NCBI GenBank assembly: GCA_036556625.1
Contig: DATBJC010000006.1
Location: 7,653 to 71,652, forward strand
DNA: 64,000 bases
Origin: Gemmatimonadales bacterium
Lineage (GTDB): Bacteria > Gemmatimonadota > Gemmatimonadetes > Gemmatimonadales > GWC2-71-9
Direction: 5' to 3'
In this document: in pieces, positions 24,937 to 34,398 of the stretch
Layout: each line of letters opens with the position of its first letter
Position numbering within the stretch: the first letter of the stretch is position 1
Translations under genes and position numbers: made by a program
The notes under the pieces: model-generated
What the model saw: the letters and a program-made list of their open reading frames with translations, nothing else
What the model was told of the DNA's origin: nothing
The model's database searches: none

Positions 24937-25657
24937 GGGCGATCATCAGTGGCGAGAAGGGGGACGGCTGGGCCAGGCGGACCACGCCGCGCTTGGCCAA
25001 CTCCAGCAGGGCAAGCAGGGTCGAGAGCACGTCCACGATCGTGGGACGGGGCCCCAGCGCCTCGAGCCAGCCGAATTCCGCGCGCTGGTTCAACAATTCC
25101 TCCAGGCGCCGGGTTGCTCCCTCGACATCCAGAGGGCGTGCGACCACCCGGTGCAGCACCGGGCTCGGAATGCCGGCGATCACCCGCTCCACCGCCTGCA
25201 GCAGCTCGATCAGGTCCAGCGTGAGCGGCGGTGGGGGCAGCTCCGGGGGTGCGGGCAGATAGCCCCGGGCGAACTGCTCGGCTCGCCGCTCGGCGGTGCG
25301 TCCCATCCATACGGCGATTTCGCGGATCTGCTGGTACTCCAGCAGTCGCCGCACCAGCTCCGCGCGGGGATCCTCCCAGCCATCGTCCTCGGACCGGCGC
25401 GGGAGGAGCATCTGGGCCTTGAGGCGCACCAGGCGGCTGGCCATGTCCAGGTAGTCCGCGGCCTGATTGAGTCCCAGCTCGTGAATGGCCTGGAGGAACT
25501 GGTCCGCGATCCGCGCGATCGGGATCTCGGCGATCTCGATCTGCTCCTCGCGCAGGAGGTGGAGCAGCAGGTCCAGCGGACCGGAGTACGCCTCGAGCTC
25601 GACCACGAAGCCCGGGCCGGCGCCGAGTGCGGTGGTCGGGGCTTCGGGAAGGGTCAT
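24911..25657 (-). CDS. scpA: Segregation and condensation protein A
   Basis: FVVELEAYSGPLDLLLHLLREEQIEIAEIPIARIADQF. 248 aa, immediately upstream of scpB. Confidence 0.88.
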   Translation of the reverse strand: MTLPEAPTTALGAGPGFVVELEAYSGPLDLLLHLLREEQIEIAEIPIARIADQFLQAIHELGLNQAADYLDMASRLVRLKAQMLLPRRSEDDGWEDPRAELVRRLLEYQQIREIAVWMGRTAERRAEQFARGYLPAPPELPPPPLTLDLIELLQAVERVIAGIPSPVLHRVVARPLDVEGATRRLEELLNQRAEFGWLEALGPRPTIVDVLSTLLALLELAKRGVVRLAQPSPFSPLMIARDTARPAA

Positions 25658-25660
25658 AGG

Positions 25661-26320
25661 CTAGTAGAGTCCCGCCAGCGGAGTGACGACCTGATACGGT
25701 GCGATAAAGCGGGCGAGCACCTGCATCACCGCATACGCCGGCGTCAGCAGGAATCCGACCACCGGTTGGAAGAGAAACATGAGTACGAAGAGTGGAAGAT
25801 AGCCGAACCGCTGGAGTCCGCGGTACCAGCTGCCGGCCCGCGGCGGCAGCGCGTGGTACATGAGGTGTGAGCCGTCCAGCGGCGGGATGGGGATCAGATT
25901 GAAGAAGCAGAGAATCAGGTTGAGCCAGATCCCGTGCACCATCATGCGCTGCGCGGTGTCCAGCAGCGTCGCGGCGCCGGGCATCGCTCGGGAGAGGATG
26001 CCGAGGAGGATGAACACCACGGAGAATGCGAACGCCAGGAAGAAGTTGGTCACCACCCCCGCCGCGGAGACCAGGATGTCGCCCCGGACGTATTTCCGGT
26101 ACTTGCGCGGGTTCACCGGCACCGGCTTGGCGCCGCCGAAGGTGAAACGCCCGCCGGACCCAAACCAGAGCAAGGCCGGCAGGGCGAGGCTCATCCAGGG
26201 ATCGATGTGGGGCAGCGGGTTCAAGGTGACCCGACCCAGCAGGTAGGCGGTGTCGTCGCCCTGCCGAAGAGCGGTGGCGGCGTGGGCATACTCGTGCGCC
26301 GTCATGGCGAACACGAGCAT
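25661..26320 (-). CDS. Site-2 protease family (peptidase M50) membrane metalloprotease
   Basis: HEYAHA (HExxH) at residues 10-14 from the first ATG, a later NLIPIPPLDGSH motif, and a polytopic profile. The true start is probably upstream and non-canonical; see finding. Confidence 0.75.
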   Translation of the reverse strand: MLVFAMTAHEYAHAATALRQGDDTAYLLGRVTLNPLPHIDPWMSLALPALLWFGSGGRFTFGGAKPVPVNPRKYRKYVRGDILVSAAGVVTNFFLAFAFSVVFILLGILSRAMPGAATLLDTAQRMMVHGIWLNLILCFFNLIPIPPLDGSHLMYHALPPRAGSWYRGLQRFGYLPLFVLMFLFQPVVGFLLTPAYAVMQVLARFIAPYQVVTPLAGLY

Positions 26321-26431
26321 CGGGAGGGCCAGGATGAATTCGCTGAGCTGGGCTTCCAGATCACGACCTTGGGCGGCGGGGATGGCGGAAGGTTAAGCAC
26401 CCCAGGTGGCCAAGTCAAAGCAGCCCACCGC

Positions 26432-26460
26432 TTGACCTTGCGTGCGGTCGGCTCTAGTTT
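26432..26460 (+). promoter_or_regulatory. Sigma70-type promoter of rpsT (TTGACC-17-TAGTTT)
   Basis: cgcTTGACCttgcgtgcggtcggctcTAGTTTccc, about 60 nt upstream of the rpsT start. Confidence 0.55.
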
Positions 26461-26520
26461 CCCGCGCTCCTGCTCCGGGGCGGTATGCCGGAGCGCAGTC
26501 GTCGCTCAGCCGAGGTGGCC

Positions 26521-26778
26521 GTGCCCCGCATTCAATCCGCCAAGAAGCGCATGCGTCAGGCCCGAGTCCGCGCCGCGCAGAACCGCACGCAGCGCAGCCG
26601 ACTCCGGACCGCGCTGAAGAAGGTCCGGGCCGCCACCGGAGCCAACATCGAGGCCGCTTATGCGGAAGCGGTGCAGCTGCTCGACCGCGCCGGGCGTAAG
26701 CACCTGATCCACCCCAACGCGGCGGCGCGGCAGAAGAGCCGGCTGGCGAAACTGAAGGCCAAGCTGAAAACTGGGTGA
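26521..26778 (+). CDS. rpsT: 30S ribosomal protein S20
   Basis: PRIQSAKKRMRQARVRAAQNRTQRSRLRT...GRKHLIHPNAAARQKSRLAKL is the canonical S20 sequence. The start is set at GTG 26521 with a GAGG 6 nt upstream. The ATG at 26485 would add an atypical 12-aa extension. Confidence 0.88.
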   Translation: MPRIQSAKKRMRQARVRAAQNRTQRSRLRTALKKVRAATGANIEAAYAEAVQLLDRAGRKHLIHPNAAARQKSRLAKLKAKLKTG

Positions 26779-26799
26779 GGGGTTGAAGGGGGAAGGCCA

Positions 26800-26827
26800 G
26801 GGGCCCGGTGCGCGCCGGGCCCCTTTT
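26800..26827 (+). terminator. Rho-independent terminator of rpsT
   Basis: ggggcccgg tgcgcg ccgggcccc tttt, a 9-bp perfect GC stem plus a T-run. It sits 22 nt after the stop. Confidence 0.8.
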
Positions 26828-26886
26828 GCGGCTCATGATCCGGAAACTACTTTAGCTTACGCCCATAAGTGCAGCTAAGTACGGCA

Positions 26887-26915
26887 CTTAAAGCCGCAAC
26901 CGTTTCAGTTTTCAA
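26887..26915 (-). promoter_or_regulatory. Orphan sigma70-like promoter motif (TTGAAA-17-TTTAAG) in an AT-rich convergent spacer
   Basis: The minus strand reads gtTGAAAactgaaacggttgcggcTTTAAGtgccg. It points toward the rpsT terminator and 3' end. No CDS lies downstream. Confidence 0.3.
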
Positions 26916-26941
26916 CTCTCAACGTTTGACGCTTTCGGCCC

Positions 26942-27793
26942 CTACACTCCCGCCAATTCCGCCCCGCAGCGCTCGCAGTACCACTCGGTTGGCCGGTTCA
27001 GCGTGCCGCATTCGCCGCACTTGAGCGTCTTCGCCACGCCGGGGGCGCCGGCCTTGCCACCCTGGGCCGAGGGCGGCGGAGCGGTTTCGACCGCTCGGGA
27101 ACCGTGCGGAGCCGTCGCTCCCGGGTTGCTCGGTCGCCGCGAGGCCGAGGGCTTGACGTCTTCGTCGGCCACCGACTTGAGGAACGCCAGCTCGTCCACC
27201 GGAGCGCCGGCGTGCTCCAGCTCCCGAGGGCGCGCGGGCGATGGCTTGGGCGGCGTCTTGTGGGCAGGAGCCTCGGCCACCGGCTCCATCGGAGGCGTCG
27301 CCGGTGGCGGAGGCGACCGCTCGATGACGTCGGCCGAAGATGGCGGCGTCGGCTGGGGTCGAGCCGGAGCAGTGATAAGCGACTGGACCTCCAGCAGCCT
27401 CGTGATCTCCGTTCCCACGGTCTTGAGCTGTTCCCGGAGACTGTTCAGCCGTCCATCGCTCTCCTGACTGATCCGACGCCATTCGTCGTCGGCGAATTCG
27501 CCCACCGCGTGGCGCACCTCGGCTTCGGCCAGCTCTTCCTCGGCCTGGCGGCGCTGCCCGTCGAGTTCGCCCTGGGTCGACTGGTGCCGGTGCAGCTCGT
27601 CCGCGATGGTGGCCGAATGGCCCCGCAATCGCTCGATGACGCCGCGCAGGCGCACCTCGTAATCGGTCCGCACCTTCTGCCGCACGGCCTGCGGGGCCTT
27701 GTCCGCGGCGGCGTCCAACTTGGCGAGCCACTGCTCGAACTGGGCGCGCTGCTCCAGCAGCGCCTCGATGCTGTTGTCGCTTTCCGTGGCCAT
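26942..27793 (-). CDS. Hypothetical coiled-coil protein with Pro-rich linker and C-terminal zinc ribbon
   Basis: 283 aa. The N-terminal region is helical, followed by a PARPQPTPPSS...PPPPATPP linker. The C-terminus is KCGECGTLNRPTEWYCERCGAEL (CxxC-x10-CxxC). Confidence 0.65.
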   Translation of the reverse strand: MATESDNSIEALLEQRAQFEQWLAKLDAAADKAPQAVRQKVRTDYEVRLRGVIERLRGHSATIADELHRHQSTQGELDGQRRQAEEELAEAEVRHAVGEFADDEWRRISQESDGRLNSLREQLKTVGTEITRLLEVQSLITAPARPQPTPPSSADVIERSPPPPATPPMEPVAEAPAHKTPPKPSPARPRELEHAGAPVDELAFLKSVADEDVKPSASRRPSNPGATAPHGSRAVETAPPPSAQGGKAGAPGVAKTLKCGECGTLNRPTEWYCERCGAELAGV

Positions 27794-27836
27794 GTCGAGG
27801 GGTTCCTCCGGGTAGATCCTTGCCTCGAAAATCTAA

Positions 27837-29144
27837 CTAGGGAACGACGCCAGCCGAAGGCTCTCGCCGGGAGAAGGCCACCTGTCCCCGCACGACCGTG
27901 GTCTCGGCCCTGCCCCGCAGCCGGCGGCCGGCGAACGGCGTGTTACGGCTGCGGGAGAAGAAGTGCTCCGGACACACGGTCCATTCCGCCGCCGGATCGA
28001 ACACCACCACGTCCGCCGAGGAGCCGGGAGCGAGGGTACCGCCGGGGAGATTGAAGATCCTGGCCGGCATCTCGCTCATCCGGCGCACCAGCTCGGAGAG
28101 CGAGAGGAGGCCGGGATCCAGCAGCTCGGTGACGGCCAGACCGAGCGCGGTCTCCAGCCCGATGATGCCGTTGGGCGCGTCGTCGAACTCCCGCTCCTTC
28201 GCATCGTAGTGATGCGGAGCGTGATCGGTGCAGATCACGTCGATGGTGCCGTCGCGGAGCGCCTGGCGGATGGCCTCGCGATCCTCCGGCTCCCGCAACG
28301 GCGGGTTCATCTTGGCGTTGGTGTTGTATCCCTCGCATGCCTCGTGGGTCAGCGTAAAGTGATGAGGACAAGCTTCCGCGGTGACCCGCAGCCCTTTGTC
28401 CTTCGCCCGGCGGATCAGCTCGACCGACCCACGGGTGGACATGTGGCAGAGATGCACGTGCCCGCCGGTGAGCTCGGCCAGGAGGATGTCCCGCGCCACC
28501 ATGATCTCCTCGGCCGCGGCGGGTACCCCCTTGAGGCCGAGCCGGGTGGACACCAGTCCCTCGTGCATCACGCCGCCGGCAGCGAGCGTGGGATCTTCGC
28601 AGTGGTCGGCCACCGGGATGCCGAAGGTGCGGGCATATTCCAAGGCGGTCCGCATCAGGTGGCTGGAGACAACCGGCCTGCCGTCGTCGCTCACCGCCAC
28701 CGCGCCGGCCCCGACCAGCTCGCCGAACTCGGCGAGCTGCTGTCCTTTCTGGCCCAGGGACACCGCGCCGATGGGATAGACTCGCGCCTTCGCAGCGCGC
28801 TGCGCCTGGCTCACGATGAAACCCACCGCCGCCTGATTGTCGGTCACCGGATCGGTGTTCGGCATGGCGCACACGGCCGAGAATCCTCCGGCGGCCGCGG
28901 CCATCGCCCCGGTGGCGACGGTCTCGATGTCCTCCTGGCCCGGCTCGCGCAGATGCACGTGCAGGTCGATGAAGCCCGGTGCCACGACCATGGCGCCTGC
29001 GTCCACGATCAGCGCGTCGTCCGGCCGCCCGAGGTCCCGCCCCAGAGCCTGGATCTTTCCGTCCGCGAGAAACAGGTCGGTCACCTCGTCGAGGCCACGC
29101 GAGGGATCCACCACGCGGCCGCTGCGGATCAGGATCGGGCGCAC
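27837..29144 (-). CDS. pyrC: Dihydroorotase
   Basis: GFIDLHVHLREPGQEDIETVATG...ICTDHAPH. 435 aa, GTG start, downstream of pyrB. Confidence 0.9.
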   Translation of the reverse strand: MRPILIRSGRVVDPSRGLDEVTDLFLADGKIQALGRDLGRPDDALIVDAGAMVVAPGFIDLHVHLREPGQEDIETVATGAMAAAAGGFSAVCAMPNTDPVTDNQAAVGFIVSQAQRAAKARVYPIGAVSLGQKGQQLAEFGELVGAGAVAVSDDGRPVVSSHLMRTALEYARTFGIPVADHCEDPTLAAGGVMHEGLVSTRLGLKGVPAAAEEIMVARDILLAELTGGHVHLCHMSTRGSVELIRRAKDKGLRVTAEACPHHFTLTHEACEGYNTNAKMNPPLREPEDREAIRQALRDGTIDVICTDHAPHHYDAKEREFDDAPNGIIGLETALGLAVTELLDPGLLSLSELVRRMSEMPARIFNLPGGTLAPGSSADVVVFDPAAEWTVCPEHFFSRSRNTPFAGRRLRGRAETTVVRGQVAFSRREPSAGVVP

Positions 29145-29145
29145 G

Positions 29146-30102
29146 CTAGTCCACGCTCCCGCTGGATTGCGCCCAGTCGGGCGAGCCGCCCGCGAGCAGA
29201 TAGAGGACCGCCATCCGCACCGCCACGCCGTTGGTCACCTGCGGCAGGATGACGCTGTGCGGGCCGTCCGCCACGTCGCTGTCGATCTCGACTCCCCGGT
29301 TCATCGGTCCCGGATGGAGGATCAGCAGGTCCTTGGGCGCTCGCGAGAGCCGGTCAGTGGTCACGCCGAACACCCGGTTGTACTCCCTGAGCGAGGGAAG
29401 AAAGCCGGCCTGCATCCGCTCGAGCTGGAGCCGGAGGACGTTGAGCGCGTCGGCCCACTGAATCGCATCCTCGATGCGCGGGAGAATGGTGACCCCCAGC
29501 TCGTGGACGTTGCGCGGCAGGAGGGTGGCCGGTCCGCACACCCCCACCTGCGCACCCAGTTTGGTCAGGCCCCAGATGTTGCTCCGGGCCACCCGGCTAT
29601 GCAGGATGTCGCCGCAGATGGCGACCTTGAGGCCCTCCAGCCGCTTGAAGCGATCCCGCAGGGTCAGCATGTCGAGCAGGCCCTGGGTGGGATGCTCGTG
29701 CTTGCCGTCGCCCGCATTGATCACGTTGGACCGGATCCGCTGGCCCAGAAACTGTGCCGCGCCGGAGGCGCCGTGGCGGATCACCACCATATCGATCCGC
29801 ATCGCCTCCAGGTTGCGGGCGGTATCCACCAGGGTCTCGCCCTTGCTCACCGAGCTGACCGCGGTGGCGACGTTGACCGTGTCCGCGCTGAGTCGCTTCT
29901 CGGCGAACTCGAACGAGATCCGGGTCCGGGTGGACGCTTCGAAGAAGAGGTTGACGATTGTCTTGCCCCGGAGCGCCGGCACCTTCTTGATGGGGCGCTC
30001 GCTCACCTCCTTGAACGGCTCGGCCGTGTCCAGAATGAGCTGGAGCTGCTCCCGGCTGAGCGGCTCGAGGCCGACGAGGTCCTTGCCGAGGGTGGCGGTC
30101 AC
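29146..30102 (-). CDS. pyrB: Aspartate carbamoyltransferase catalytic subunit
   Basis: [29 protein letters not shown] and [13 protein letters not shown]. The GTG start overlaps the pyrR stop. Confidence 0.92.
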   Translation of the reverse strand: MTATLGKDLVGLEPLSREQLQLILDTAEPFKEVSERPIKKVPALRGKTIVNLFFEASTRTRISFEFAEKRLSADTVNVATAVSSVSKGETLVDTARNLEAMRIDMVVIRHGASGAAQFLGQRIRSNVINAGDGKHEHPTQGLLDMLTLRDRFKRLEGLKVAICGDILHSRVARSNIWGLTKLGAQVGVCGPATLLPRNVHELGVTILPRIEDAIQWADALNVLRLQLERMQAGFLPSLREYNRVFGVTTDRLSRAPKDLLILHPGPMNRGVEIDSDVADGPHSVILPQVTNGVAVRMAVLYLLAGGSPDWAQSSGSVD

Positions 30103-30638
30103 GGCGTCGCTCGCACCAGCTCGACGGCGTCACGGCCGTCCAGCTCCGAGACCAGCACGTCCACCCGATCGCCGACACCGGCGGTGACCTTCTGCCCGAC
30201 GATATCGGCCTGGATCGGGAGCTCGCGTCCGCCGCGATCGATCAGGACGCACAGGAGAATGCGACGGGGGCGGCCGAAATCGGAGCACTCGTCCAGTGCC
30301 GCCCGCACCGTGCGCCCCGTGTAGAGCACGTCGTCCACGATGGCGACGGTCTTGCCATCCAGGTCCGGCAGACTGGTCTCCCCGACCACCGGTCGGGCCC
30401 CCACCGTCTGGAGGTCGTCGCGGTAGAGGGTGATGTCGAGCTTGCCCCACGGAATGGCCGCGCCCTCGGACTGCGCGATCAGCGCACGAAGTCGGGCGGC
30501 CAATTCCACCCCGCGCCGCTGAATGCCGACCAACACCAACCCCTCGGTCCCATGGGCCCGCTCCACGACCTCGGTCGCCATGCGCGCCAGGGTTCGGCCG
30601 AGCGCGCGGTCGTCCATGAGGGGAACTCGGGTGGGCAT
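30099..30638 (-). CDS. pyrR: Bifunctional pyrimidine operon regulator / uracil phosphoribosyltransferase PyrR
   Basis: ATG at 30638 ([26 protein letters not shown]...[12 protein letters not shown]...[19 protein letters not shown]). 179 aa. The longer track ORF is shadow. Confidence 0.88.
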   Translation of the reverse strand: MPTRVPLMDDRALGRTLARMATEVVERAHGTEGLVLVGIQRRGVELAARLRALIAQSEGAAIPWGKLDITLYRDDLQTVGARPVVGETSLPDLDGKTVAIVDDVLYTGRTVRAALDECSDFGRPRRILLCVLIDRGGRELPIQADIVGQKVTAGVGDRVDVLVSELDGRDAVELVRATP

Positions 30639-30679
30639 CGGGGCGGGAAGGTAGCGGCGAGGGGAGATAGGCGAAAGGC

Positions 30680-32968
30680 TCACCCCACCCCGACTCCGAG
30701 CAGTCGCTCTCCACCGGTTCGGGTGTAGGCCTCCGCCGCCCGCGCGCGGCCGGCTTCGGCCTGACGAACCAGACGGACGAACTGGGGCTCCGCCCGAAGG
30801 GAGTCGAGCCACGGGTCGCGGGTGAGCGCGGCGGGACAGTGGTAGCCGCCTTGCACCACCCGCTCCAGCGTCGCGAGTGCCCGGCGAACTTCTCCGAGGT
30901 ACGCCAGCTCTCGCACATGAATCAGCAAGCCTTCGGGATCGTGAAAGCCGGCATCCTCGACCGCCTTGGCGTGGCGAAGGCAATCCTCCCGGCGCCCCTC
31001 CATGGCGGCGAGCTGTGACTCCACGATCCACTGCTCCAGGCTGCCCGGCGCGTGAGTCAGCGCCTCGCGAACCCCTGCGATCGCTTCCGCGTGCCGGCCC
31101 AGCATCCACAGGGCGCCGTGGCGGATGGCCTGGATGTCTTCCACGTCGTGGAGCGCGGCCTGCTGGTAGTCTCCCAGCGCCCAGTAGGTGTATTGCACGC
31201 TGGTCTGGATCGAGGGGTCGAGCCGGCGCGCTCTGCGGTCGGCGGCCAGCGAGGCCTCGAGCAGGCCGCAGAAGCGGCAGGCGACGACCAGGCCGGCATA
31301 GAGATGGGGATCAGCGGTGCCGGATGCCACGCGCTGGAGCAGGCGCACCATGGCCTCGGGCCCTCTCCCCTTTTCCTCCAGCTCGAAGTAGGTGTAGAAG
31401 TTGTGCGCGATCGGCAGGTCCGGGTTGATCTCGAGGGCCCGACGGAACGCTTCCTCCGCCAACGCGAGGCTCTCGGCTTGGCCTTCCGAGCCGTACTTCG
31501 CGAGCACTCGATACACCCGTCCCAGACGGGCCCATGCCGGGGCGTACCCGGGATCCTCCTCGAGGCAGCTGCGGTACAGATCGCGCGCCACGGTGAGTCG
31601 CGATGGGTTGCTGGTGTTGGCGCCGAGGTGATTGGCCCGGAGGTACAGATCGTACGCCTTGGGGCTCGCAGGCACGTCCTGGCCCAGCCGACGGTGGTCC
31701 CGAGCGGAGAGCGGGATCGCGAGCGCGTCCACGATCTGGCGGGCCAGCTCGTCCTGCAACTGGAAGATGTCGGTCAGCTTGATCTGGGCGGTGTGGGAAG
31801 AGAGCAGCGTCCCGGAGGGTGCCTCGAGCACCTGGGTCGCCACCCGCACCTGGTCACCGGCCCGGAGCAGCGTGCCGGTGAGCACCACGTCCACTGCGGC
31901 ATCCTCCGCGATCACCTTGAGGTCGGGACTCTCGGTCGCGAAGCGCTGCCCGGCGGCGGTGGACCGGACCACCAACGCGTCCAGGCCCGAGAGCGAGGCG
32001 GTGATGGCGTCCGGAAGGCTGAAGGCGAGAAAGTCGGTCTCGGGATCGGGACGGAGAACCCGGAACGGCAGCACGATAAGGCGGGTGACCGCCCTCGCCT
32101 GAGGGCTTGACCCGGTATCGATCAGGGCCCAGGCGGCCCGGACTTCCCGGGCCATGGCCGCGGCATCTGGGTAGCGGTCGCCCGGACGCTTGGCCAGCGC
32201 GAGCTGAATGATGCGGTCTGCCGCCACGACCTCGGGCCCGCCGGTCAGTGCTGGCGGCTGGGCCATGGCCACGGCGCGATACACCTCGATGATCGTCTCG
32301 CCGGGAAAGGCAGGCTTTCCGGCGAGCATCTCGAACAGAATCGCGCCGACCGCGAACAGATCCGAGGCGGGGACAAACGCCTCACCTTCCCATTGCTCGG
32401 GCGGCATGTAGCGCGGGGTACCGAGAATGGTGCCCGGCGCGGTGAGGCTCACATCGCTCTTTAGTTGCTCTACCAGGGGGCGGGCCAGCCCGAAGTCCAG
32501 CAACTTCACGCCGTGAGGGGTGAGGAAGACATTCGACGGCTTGAGATCGCGATGTACCATGCCCCGACCATGCAAGGCCTCGAGCGCGGCCAGGATGCCC
32601 AGCGTGACCTGGAGTGCTTCGGCGAGAGGGATGGGCTGCGCGATCCGGTCCGAGAGCGGCTCGCCGGTGAGCAGCTCCATGACCAGGTAGAGCTCGCCGG
32701 CTTCCTCGGCGAGCTCGTAGATGTGACAGACGTTGGGGTGATTGAGGCTGGCCGCGGCCCGGGCCTCGCGCAGCAGCCGCTCGCGGTGACTGAGATCGTC
32801 CGACGCCTCGCGAATGCGCTTGATGGCGACGGTCCGATCCAGCCGGTCGTCGTGGGCCGCGTAGACCACACCCATGCCACCCTGCCCCAGCTGGCGGGTC
32901 ACGCGGTAGCGGCCGATGGTCGTAGGTTCGACGGCAGGGTCCGCCGACTTCCTTCCCCAGCGGAACAT
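30680..32968 (-). CDS. Ser/Thr protein kinase with central beta-rich domain and C-terminal TPR repeats
   Basis: ATG at 32968. Motifs: GRYRVTRQLGQGGMGVVYAAHD...VAIKRI, HRDLKPSNVF, DFGLA and GTPRYMPPE. Multiple C-terminal TPR-like helices. The first 49 aa of the track ORF are a read-through of tRNA-Ser. Confidence 0.85.
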   Translation of the reverse strand: MFRWGRKSADPAVEPTTIGRYRVTRQLGQGGMGVVYAAHDDRLDRTVAIKRIREASDDLSHRERLLREARAAASLNHPNVCHIYELAEEAGELYLVMELLTGEPLSDRIAQPIPLAEALQVTLGILAALEALHGRGMVHRDLKPSNVFLTPHGVKLLDFGLARPLVEQLKSDVSLTAPGTILGTPRYMPPEQWEGEAFVPASDLFAVGAILFEMLAGKPAFPGETIIEVYRAVAMAQPPALTGGPEVVAADRIIQLALAKRPGDRYPDAAAMAREVRAAWALIDTGSSPQARAVTRLIVLPFRVLRPDPETDFLAFSLPDAITASLSGLDALVVRSTAAGQRFATESPDLKVIAEDAAVDVVLTGTLLRAGDQVRVATQVLEAPSGTLLSSHTAQIKLTDIFQLQDELARQIVDALAIPLSARDHRRLGQDVPASPKAYDLYLRANHLGANTSNPSRLTVARDLYRSCLEEDPGYAPAWARLGRVYRVLAKYGSEGQAESLALAEEAFRRALEINPDLPIAHNFYTYFELEEKGRGPEAMVRLLQRVASGTADPHLYAGLVVACRFCGLLEASLAADRRARRLDPSIQTSVQYTYWALGDYQQAALHDVEDIQAIRHGALWMLGRHAEAIAGVREALTHAPGSLEQWIVESQLAAMEGRREDCLRHAKAVEDAGFHDPEGLLIHVRELAYLGEVRRALATLERVVQGGYHCPAALTRDPWLDSLRAEPQFVRLVRQAEAGRARAAEAYTRTGGERLLGVGVG

Positions 32969-32978
32969 ATGCCTCCAG

Positions 32979-33067
32979 CGGACAGGGAGGGATTCGAACC
33001 CTCGAAACGGTTTAGGCCGTTTACACGCTCTCCAGGCGTGCGCCTTCAACCACTCGGCCACCTGTCC
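32979..33067 (-). tRNA. tRNA-Ser (anticodon GGA), class II with long variable arm
   Basis: GGACAGGTGGCCGAGTGGTTGAAGGCGCACGCCTGGAGAGCGTGTAAACGGCCTAAACCGTTTCGAGGGTTCGAATCCCTCCCTGTCCG. Folded by hand: 7-bp acceptor, anticodon loop CTGGAGA, T-arm GAGGG-TTCGAAT-CCCTC. No encoded CCA. Confidence 0.93.
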
Positions 33068-33086
33068 CGACTCGTTGCGAGGGCGC

Positions 33087-33115
33087 AACTTAGCGGTGCT
33101 GAATGGACCCGTCAA
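33087..33115 (-). promoter_or_regulatory. Sigma70-type promoter of tRNA-Ser(GGA) (TTGACG-17-TAAGTT)
   Basis: The minus strand reads cgTTGACGggtccattcagcaccgcTAAGTTgcg. The -10 ends 19 nt before the mature tRNA 5' end. Confidence 0.6.
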
Positions 33116-33164
33116 CGAGGCCGGCGAGACGCTGGATGCCCGGACCTGTTACGTTCCGGCGGGC

Positions 33165-33194
33165 CTCGAATTTCCATCTCGAATTTCCATCTCA
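33165..33194 (+). repeat. Tandem 13-mer ctcgaatttccat x2 (plus partial third) just upstream of the thiolase start
   Basis: Copies at 33165-33177 and 33178-33190 are identical, followed by ctca. They lie 14 nt upstream of ATG 33208 in an AT-rich patch. Confidence 0.8.
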
Positions 33195-33207
33195 TTGAAG
33201 GTCGCCA

Positions 33208-34394
<1,187 letters not shown>

Positions 34395-34398
<4 letters not shown>

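Noticed and set aside
30639-30679. PyrR-binding attenuator upstream of pyrR-pyrB-pyrC
   Set aside because: The 41-nt gap between the kinase stop and the pyrR start lacks the UCCAGAGAGG-type binding loop and has no terminator/antiterminator alternative hairpins.
32969-33115. N-terminal extension of the kinase ORF (MTGPFSTAKLRPRNESGQVAEWLKAHAWRACKRPKPFRGFESLP...)
   Set aside because: This stretch is the translation of tRNA-Ser(GGA) read as protein. The kinase starts at ATG 32968, after the tRNA.
33165-33194. Possible CRISPR or other array (also considered for the heptamer repeats at 13137, 22490 and 49142)
   Set aside because: The units are 7-13 nt, directly abutting with no spacers, and there are only 2-5 copies. 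There are no cas genes in the window, so these are not CRISPR.
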